Shown one piece after another: positions 57,691 through 64,000 of a stretch of DNA of 64,000 nt; within the stretch, counting starts at the first letter, position 1, and every line of letters begins with the position of its first letter. The notes beneath the pieces were generated by a model, which had not been told where the DNA came from, ran no database searches, and saw nothing but the letters and a program-made list of their open reading frames with translations. A program made the position numbers and the translations under genes. The DNA lies in IMG/VR virus record IMGVR_UViG_3300030012_002528, positions 1-64,000 of that record. One strand, written 5' to 3'. Source of the stretch: a virus.

Positions 57691-57862
57691 GAAAAGAAAG
57701 AGTGGTGATTTTATTTTCATTTACGACAATAAAAACAAGAAATACATACCTAAAGAATTTTATGCACCAAGTGGTGGAGAAATAGGTTGCAACATTTTCT
57801 TGCGTAAGTTAAAAGAAAATAGTAAATTAGCGTACAATACAAATAAAAGAAGAAATGGTTAA
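57614..57862 (+). CDS. hypothetical protein
   Basis: 82 aa overlapping ORF; start uncertain. Confidence 0.4.
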   Translation: MKQQEREYMKLHTNHSKNTSTKERFEKRKSGDFIFIYDNKNKKYIPKEFYAPSGGEIGCNIFLRKLKENSKLAYNTNKRRNG

Positions 57863-58286
57863 TTTTAATAAGACAGGTAGAAAGGATTATACAGAATATG
57901 AAGTTTATACTGACGAGTATTCTGGAGGTAATGGTACAGAGCAATTAGCAGGTTATGTTACCAAGTTTGGAGACAAGAAATGGGCATTTAGAACCATTGA
58001 CCCTTTCTTTACTGATGTAATGCCTACTGATACCTTTGATTCTCGTAAAGATGCAGTATTTAATGGAATAGAGTCTCTACGATTTGTAGCAGTTGCTAAA
58101 CCTGTTTCTGAGCCTATAGAAAAGGAAATAGACTTATCTATGCTAGGTCAGTATAGAAGAGTCAATAATAATAGAAAGCCAACAAGAGGTAGAAAAATTC
58201 AATATATCCAACGTGCTAAACGATTGGACAATGGCGAGTTAGTTTATTTAAATTCATATAAGAAAATACATCACGAGCGTGTATAG
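57855..58286 (+). CDS. hypothetical protein
   Basis: 143 aa ORF. Confidence 0.6.
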   Translation: MVNFNKTGRKDYTEYEVYTDEYSGGNGTEQLAGYVTKFGDKKWAFRTIDPFFTDVMPTDTFDSRKDAVFNGIESLRFVAVAKPVSEPIEKEIDLSMLGQYRRVNNNRKPTRGRKIQYIQRAKRLDNGELVYLNSYKKIHHERV

Positions 58287-59202
58287 ATATGAGTATGCCA
58301 AAGCAAGGCACGGAAGAAATTTCAAAGTCAACTGCCCTCGATGTGGAGGAGTTAAACGATTTAATTTATTCTTTGACAATAAAGAAGATAAGTTATGTGA
58401 TTCGCAGTATGGTAAATGCGACAGAGTTTACCAATGTGGGTATGAGAATCGTCCACAAGGTCAAGCAGTTTTAAAACAAGATGAAATAAAAACAGAAAAA
58501 CCTCCACTTTCTGTTATGCCCTTGTCTATTGTCAAGGATTCTATACAAAAATGTTGGAGCAACACAGATGCTCTCTTAGGCTTTATAATGGACAAGTGGG
58601 GAGTAGATATCGCTACTAAGGTGTTCGTGCGTTACAACCTTGTTTCTGTGCCTTTTAATGGGGGTTTTGCCCCTATGTTTTGGTTCATAGATGACAAGAA
58701 GCAAGTTCGTAGTGGTAAGATAATGAATTATGAATTAAGAGGAGGAGAACCTCGCAGGACTAAACACGACAAGGCTTGGAAAAATGTGAAATGGCTACAC
58801 TCTAAAATAGATAATTACAATTTTGAAATGTGTTTCTATGGCTCGCATATTCTCACAATGATGCCCGATGCAGAAGTACACATAGTAGAGTCAGAGAAAA
58901 CTGCATTGATAATGTCTTGTGTAAAGCCTCAACACATTTGGTTAGCGACATCATCTGTTACTAACTTGCAAGAACACTTTTTACCTAATTTAAAAGACAG
59001 AAAAGTGGTACTGCACCCCGACAAAGGAGAAAGGAGTTTTGGATATTGGAAACTTAAAGCAGAAGAGTTTAGAAAAAAAAATTTGGCAAAGTCAATAAAT
59101 ATATCTACCTTTGTACAAGATACAGAATTTTTAGGTGAGGGAGATGACCTTGCCGATTACGTTTTAAAAACAACAAAGTATGAGAGCATTAAAAAACATT
59201 GA
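58279..59202 (+). CDS. Zn-finger/TOPRIM primase-like protein (DUF6371-like)
   Basis: CPRC...GKCDR...CGY, GKIM.Y, IVESEKTA, WLAT, GDDLADY. Confidence 0.7.
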   Translation: MYRYEYAKARHGRNFKVNCPRCGGVKRFNLFFDNKEDKLCDSQYGKCDRVYQCGYENRPQGQAVLKQDEIKTEKPPLSVMPLSIVKDSIQKCWSNTDALLGFIMDKWGVDIATKVFVRYNLVSVPFNGGFAPMFWFIDDKKQVRSGKIMNYELRGGEPRRTKHDKAWKNVKWLHSKIDNYNFEMCFYGSHILTMMPDAEVHIVESEKTALIMSCVKPQHIWLATSSVTNLQEHFLPNLKDRKVVLHPDKGERSFGYWKLKAEEFRKKNLAKSINISTFVQDTEFLGEGDDLADYVLKTTKYESIKKH

Positions 59203-60031
59203 GTTAGGAAAGGTACTATTCATCAGTATTGAGTGCGTACCCCAAGAAAATGACTTCCCTATTGAAGGACTACTCTATGATAGTTGGACAGACGGAGGCA
59301 ATGAGACAGAAGCGTATGCAGAGACAGCACCATTATTCCCTGAGTATGGTAGAATTTTCTGTGTGTCTTTAGGATATGTTAGTAATCATCAATTAAATAT
59401 CAAGACAATTAAGGGGGAGGAGAAGGAAATCATTGAGACATTATTCAAAATGGTGGATGCTTTTCAAAATAGTTGGAGTACTATTCATCTATGTGGGCAC
59501 TCTGTAAAGAGTTTTATTTTACCTTATGTTATGCGTAGAGCAATCGTCAACGATATTCCTGTTCACTACTTATTTGATGCTTCGGGTCTTAAACCTTGGG
59601 ATATCACTTGGATGTACGACATCAAAGAGTTATGGCAAGGTACTGCTTACAAATCAGCCTCTCTTCTATCACTTGCTCACACTTTTAACTTAGACTATGC
59701 AGAAAGTATTATTTTAGGTAAAGATGTGTCTACTATGTACGTGAATGATGAGATAGAAGAAATCACTCACCGATGTGAAGTAAATGTTCGCCTATGTCAC
59801 GATGTTATAAAAAAGATGGCAGGAATCAAAACTGATTGGAAAGACGAGGTGATTGAAGATAAGAACTTAGGCACATTAGAAAAGGCATATTATAATGTAA
59901 TTAACATAAAAGACATAAAGGGTTTAAGAGATAAATTGGCCTCAATGAATCTAGATAAGGATGCTACTAAGAACATTTTAGAAACAATGTTTAAAGGGAA
60001 TGTGCCTTCAGAATTACAAGAACTCTTGTAA
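59180..60031 (+). CDS. PolB-type 3'-5' exonuclease homolog with degenerate active site
   Basis: A.L.PEYGRI.C.S.G, LCGH..K.F..PY..RR, KPW. Confidence 0.65.
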   Translation: MRALKNIELGKVLFISIECVPQENDFPIEGLLYDSWTDGGNETEAYAETAPLFPEYGRIFCVSLGYVSNHQLNIKTIKGEEKEIIETLFKMVDAFQNSWSTIHLCGHSVKSFILPYVMRRAIVNDIPVHYLFDASGLKPWDITWMYDIKELWQGTAYKSASLLSLAHTFNLDYAESIILGKDVSTMYVNDEIEEITHRCEVNVRLCHDVIKKMAGIKTDWKDEVIEDKNLGTLEKAYYNVINIKDIKGLRDKLASMNLDKDATKNILETMFKGNVPSELQELL

Positions 60032-60276
60032 TGAGAACTATATGTTTTCTTGTTTCATTTTTATTTTGTATATTTGCAAAAGGTCAGCACATCTATTTTG
60101 ATGTGACCCTTGAAGAAATTGATACAGTGGCAAATGAAGATGGATATAGGGTAGTTAAAACCCTAGAACAAGGAAACATAGTGTGCTATCTATACTTAGA
60201 AAGTGACACGATTAAAATAGGATACAACAACGAGATGAGTAAACCCTCATTCATAATTTATAGAAAAGAAGAGTAA
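60031..60276 (+). CDS. small secreted protein
   Basis: Signal-peptide-like N-terminus. Confidence 0.5.
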   Translation: MRTICFLVSFLFCIFAKGQHIYFDVTLEEIDTVANEDGYRVVKTLEQGNIVCYLYLESDTIKIGYNNEMSKPSFIIYRKEE

Positions 60277-60392
60277 GATGTTTAGTGCAATAATTATTAT
60301 AGTTTGTTTAACAATCATATTTGGTATATTTTACTATGCAGGTAAGACTATGCCCGAAGGAGACTTCTTAGAGAATGATGATTTTAACATAG

Positions 60393-61142
60393 ATGACGAA
60401 GAATAAGATGAGTTTAGAATTACCTAAAACGTATAGTAAAGAACAATGGGAACGTGGGGGCAGTCGTCCCGAACACGAGAAGTTCATAGGGATGCCTGTA
60501 ACAAGTTGGTCACAAGTAGAGTCTTGGACGGCTAAGAAAGGATTCAACACAGGTATGGTAGGTAACAAAGAGTATATGATTAGATACTTTTTAGGTGAGC
60601 GATTCCCTGATATGGGTTGGGGACAGTTTGGTACTGAGGTGGAGGATTGTGTTACTCTTGGCGATTGCGAACCATTTACTCCTAAAGAACTTGAAACTAT
60701 AAAAGACATCAAACCTCTTGGGGTATTTCAAGAAGAGATAGTCATTGATTTTGGTGACTTCTGTCTTCTTGGTTATATTGATGATATGTCTGAACCAAAA
60801 GATGGTGTAGTAGATATAGTGAGAGACTATAAGACTAAATCAAAAAGTTCTAAGGCTGACTTACACGACCCAAAGAAACTTCAATTAGAATTATATATCT
60901 TAGGTCTTCAGCAAAGAGGATTAAAAGTAGAGAACGCAGAGTATGTTATCATAGAAAGGTTGGGGGGTAGAGAGTGTATGAATGGTGCAGGGAGAAAGTC
61001 TTTACGTATAGGCACTAATGTTTGGAGAGAAACATATATGTTTTCTGATAAGTCTATAGCAAGAGCAGAAGCTATTGTAAGAGAGACGGTGAAGGAAATA
61101 TCTAATCATTATAAGATATTTAAAATATTAAATGCTAAGTAA
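60393..61142 (+). CDS. PD-(D/E)XK nuclease
   Basis: SWSQ, GYID, DYKT, QLELY. Confidence 0.75.
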   Translation: MTKNKMSLELPKTYSKEQWERGGSRPEHEKFIGMPVTSWSQVESWTAKKGFNTGMVGNKEYMIRYFLGERFPDMGWGQFGTEVEDCVTLGDCEPFTPKELETIKDIKPLGVFQEEIVIDFGDFCLLGYIDDMSEPKDGVVDIVRDYKTKSKSSKADLHDPKKLQLELYILGLQQRGLKVENAEYVIIERLGGRECMNGAGRKSLRIGTNVWRETYMFSDKSIARAEAIVRETVKEISNHYKIFKILNAK

Positions 61143-61365
61143 GTATGATTATATCAAACTTTTCAGGGGAGAAAAGGCGAATGATAAGACTAGAATGGTT
61201 TTCTTGAAACATTGGTGTAAACAAGAAGGAAAAAACTTCTATGATTTAAAGTTAATCCTTAACTTTACTAATTATGGGTTTGATAATATGACTTATTATT
61301 TTGATAATAAATATAAAGTTAGTATATTAGTAGACCAAAACGGTGTTAAATTAAAAGTTATATGA
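61132..61365 (+). CDS. hypothetical protein
   Basis: 77 aa ORF. Confidence 0.5.
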   Translation: MLSKYDYIKLFRGEKANDKTRMVFLKHWCKQEGKNFYDLKLILNFTNYGFDNMTYYFDNKYKVSILVDQNGVKLKVI

Positions 61366-61931
61366 GTGATACAGCAAAACAATTGGTAGACAAGATAGTC
61401 GAATGTACAGACCAACTATGTGCAGTAGATATTATAAAAGAGGTTATAAGTAACCTAAAAGTATCTAGAAACTATCAAAGAATGGTGGAAGTGGAAGGAG
61501 GTATTAGAGAATTAGAAAGAGCTTTCTCAAAACTTCAAGAAGAGTTCCACAGGATGGAGTTACCAAGACAATATAACCTTGTTCAAGAGACAAGAACAAA
61601 AGCTAATTTCATTTATCGTGAATTAGTAGACCACTATGTTCACGAAGTTAATCGTGTAAAGATGCTTTTAGAAGAATCAAAGACAGTTGAAAGAGCAAAA
61701 GCCTTGCAATATCTAAAAGAAAGTAGTACCTTTGGCAGTATAGCGAAATCAACATTAAGAGACTACCTTGGGGCATCACCTAATTACGAGGAGTGGATTA
61801 GGGATTATTCAATGGCATATGCAAATTATCAGTATTTGTCGAAAGTTTTAGAAAGTATTCGTATATTTACCGATACTTGTGCATCCGAGCTTAGGGGTCT
61901 CGGTGTAGTGGAGAAAAAAGATGTAAAGTAA
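61362..61931 (+). CDS. helical protein, possible UvsY-like recombination mediator
   Basis: Coiled-coil 189 aa next to the SSB gene; function is a guess. Confidence 0.35.
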   Translation: MSDTAKQLVDKIVECTDQLCAVDIIKEVISNLKVSRNYQRMVEVEGGIRELERAFSKLQEEFHRMELPRQYNLVQETRTKANFIYRELVDHYVHEVNRVKMLLEESKTVERAKALQYLKESSTFGSIAKSTLRDYLGASPNYEEWIRDYSMAYANYQYLSKVLESIRIFTDTCASELRGLGVVEKKDVK

Positions 61932-61949
61932 ATTTTTAAAATCAGTATT

Positions 61950-62591
61950 ATGACACATTACTTAAAAGTAAATTATTCAAACGGAGCAATCCAAGAAAGT
62001 TCAAAGGAGCCACAAGAGGGGTTTGAGAAGAACGAGTGGTCAGTTGGCAACAAGTCAGGAGTCAACTATAAGAAAATTTATAGAGAGCCTGTAGAGGGAA
62101 CTCTTGTAGATGTAAAATTTAGAGACACTCAGTATGGACAAAGAGTTTCATTCACTCTTAAAGGAGATGAGTATTACAACATAGAGTTCCCTTTCCTTAT
62201 GGGAGAAGAGGTGAACCCTTTCACAACTGATTTCGTTCGTCAGCTACCTAACCTACAGAAAGGTCGAACTTACACAGTCAATGCTTATGTATATCAGCCT
62301 GAGAATGCTAAGTATCCTTACAGAGGGTTTACGTTCCGAGTTGACGGAGAAAAGGTAGAAAAAGCTCTATCATATCAGTCAGCTAAAAACGAAGACGGAG
62401 ACATCCCTTCAATTGTGTGGGAAGAAAAAATGGGTAAGAAGAAACCAAACTTCGATAACAGAAACGAATACCTATACAACTTCCTACAAAAACAAATTGG
62501 TGAAAACTTCGCTAAAGATGAAAATTCCTCAACACCTGAACCAACAAAAGCTGAGGTTAAAAAGCCAAGTATTGAAGACTTACCATTTTAA
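61950..62591 (+). CDS. single-stranded DNA-binding protein
   Basis: Beta-rich core and acidic tail ending EDLPF. Confidence 0.65.
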   Translation: MTHYLKVNYSNGAIQESSKEPQEGFEKNEWSVGNKSGVNYKKIYREPVEGTLVDVKFRDTQYGQRVSFTLKGDEYYNIEFPFLMGEEVNPFTTDFVRQLPNLQKGRTYTVNAYVYQPENAKYPYRGFTFRVDGEKVEKALSYQSAKNEDGDIPSIVWEEKMGKKKPNFDNRNEYLYNFLQKQIGENFAKDENSSTPEPTKAEVKKPSIEDLPF

Positions 62592-62599
62592 TTTAAATT

Positions 62600-62911
62600 A
62601 TGACTAGAGAAGAAGTTTATAAGCGTTACGCATTCCTTGAAGAAAAAAGAAGGGATATTGAAAAGGAACAAGCTGAGTTGAAAGAAAGACTCAGTGAATA
62701 CTTACCCGAAGAGGGTACGAAGTTTTACTTCGGCTCATACTCTTGGCAGAATAGAAAAAAGTGGTCTTATTCTGAAAAGGTAACTGAAATGGAGACTGAA
62801 TTAAAGTCTCTGAAGAAGCTAGAAGAGAAGGAAGGGACTGCCTCTTGTGAAGAAAAGAAGTCAGTTGTATTTAGGTACAATAAGCCTGTAAGAGATAATT
62901 TACCTTTCTAA
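62600..62911 (+). CDS. coiled-coil protein ending DNLPF
   Basis: RKKWSYSEKV...E..LK..K..E. Confidence 0.55.
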   Translation: MTREEVYKRYAFLEEKRRDIEKEQAELKERLSEYLPEEGTKFYFGSYSWQNRKKWSYSEKVTEMETELKSLKKLEEKEGTASCEEKKSVVFRYNKPVRDNLPF

Positions 62912-63018
62912 TAACAATTGTTTCTTATTTGGAAAATTCAATTGTTCTTAGTATATTGCATCTCTTTACCCATCGAATTTTCGGTGGGTTTTTTATCTAA
63001 TTTTGTTAAACTTAAACT

Positions 63019-63972
63019 ATGTATTTAAACTCTAAGGATTTAGGGAAGAGGTATTCTATTTTCCCATTGTCCCATACTGATTTGTGGGATTATTATAAAA
63101 AAGCAGAAAAGCAAACGTGGGTTGCTGAAGAGGTTGACTTGAGTTCTGATGACTTCGATGCGTTGTCAGAAGATGAAAAAAGTTACTTGAAAAACATCCT
63201 TGCATTCTTTGCTATCTCTGATGGTCTTGTGATAGACAACTTGGCTACCAACTTTATGAATGAAGTAGAGCTACTTGAAGCTCAGTATTTTTATGGACAT
63301 CAAACATTCATTGAGCAGGTTCACGCCAATGGGTATTCACTCCTTATTGATACATACATTAAAGACAACCAAGAAAGAAACGATTTATTTAATTCAATGT
63401 CTACCAACCAAGCAGTAAAAGACAAGGCTTCTTGGGCAGAGAAGTGGATTGACCATCCATCATTTGCTCACCGACTTGTGGCATTTGCTTGTGTGGAAGG
63501 TATTGCTTTCTCCTCTGTATTCGCAGGAGTGTTTTGGTATAGGTCACGTAACAAGATGAATGGCTTGGGTTCTATGAACGAATTAATCCTTAGAGATGAA
63601 TCCTTGCATTATGAGTTTGCTCAGTACCTATACAACAACTACATCAAGGATGAGTACAAGATTCCTACCCACGAAATTCAGAAAATCATTCTTGAGTGTT
63701 TCGATGTAGAGCAAAAGTTTGTTTTAGATAGTATGCCTAACGGCTTACAAGGTCTTACAAAGGAAGAGATGCTGGAGTACGTTAAATACGTTACTGATAT
63801 CGTCTTAGAAGACTTCGGATGTGGTAAGTATTTCAATGTTAGAAACCCACTTGACTACATGGCTCGTATTGGGTTGTCAGCGAAAAACAATTTCTTTGAA
63901 CAAAGAACAGGTCAGTACACTAGAGTAGATATTCCTACTACTACTGAAGGCATGTTCACAGACGAGTTTTAA
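63019..63972 (+). CDS. nrdB: ribonucleotide reductase class Ia beta subunit
   Basis: W.AEEVDL, FFAISD, EQVH..GY, VEGI.F, RDE.LH, NFFEQR. Confidence 0.93.
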   Translation: MYLNSKDLGKRYSIFPLSHTDLWDYYKKAEKQTWVAEEVDLSSDDFDALSEDEKSYLKNILAFFAISDGLVIDNLATNFMNEVELLEAQYFYGHQTFIEQVHANGYSLLIDTYIKDNQERNDLFNSMSTNQAVKDKASWAEKWIDHPSFAHRLVAFACVEGIAFSSVFAGVFWYRSRNKMNGLGSMNELILRDESLHYEFAQYLYNNYIKDEYKIPTHEIQKIILECFDVEQKFVLDSMPNGLQGLTKEEMLEYVKYVTDIVLEDFGCGKYFNVRNPLDYMARIGLSAKNNFFEQRTGQYTRVDIPTTTEGMFTDEF

Positions 63973-63973
63973 G

Positions 63974-64000
63974 ATGAGGATTACCAAGAGAGACGGAAGC
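63974..64000 (+). CDS. nrdA: ribonucleotide reductase alpha subunit, 5' fragment
   Basis: MRITKRDGS ATP-cone start immediately after nrdB. Confidence 0.65.

Noticed and set aside
1-64000. Stop-codon reassignment, known in some Crassvirales
   Set aside because: Genes are full length under the standard code; TAG and TGA end genes at sensible boundaries; no suppressor tRNA seen

Overview
A 64 kb segment of a crAss-like (Crassvirales-type) phage genome, probably infecting an aquatic Bacteroidota/Flavobacteria host. The host inference rests on promoters of the TTTG-N19-21-TAnnTTTG type and AT-rich leaders without Shine-Dalgarno sites; the genetic code is standard. Bases 1-30.1 kb (minus strand) hold the virion module in crAss order: terminase, portal, scaffold, major capsid, capsid and ring proteins, Cys-rich and collagen fibres, lysis candidates, IHF-like protein and a truncated tail-stabilisation gene. 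Bases 30.3-37.5 kb (plus) carry recA, phoH, nucleases and small basic proteins. A G/T-only tract at about 37.66 kb probably marks the physical genome end. After it, 37.9-44 kb is an array of one- or few-gene cassettes. The spacers are built from repeated parts: related terminators, a hairpin/GTGATAAAGA/poly-A element (6 copies), antisense promoters, DnaA-box pairs, promoter look-alikes with alternating purine-pyrimidine tracts, TTAAC-N5-TTAAC boxes at fixed spacing, and two long direct repeats 4933 bp apart. By manual reading, AGCT is absent from about 37.4 to 61.07 kb apart from one tRNA site, which suggests this DNA enters the host first. Bases 44-64 kb hold early/middle genes: DUF932, four WDWLMPV paralogs, two DnaA-domain-IV-like proteins, DenV-like glycosylase, thermonuclease, tRNA-Arg, lysozyme-like protein, primase, PD-(D/E)XK nuclease, SSB, nrdB and the start of nrdA. 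All family calls come from motif recognition and synteny; no searches were run.
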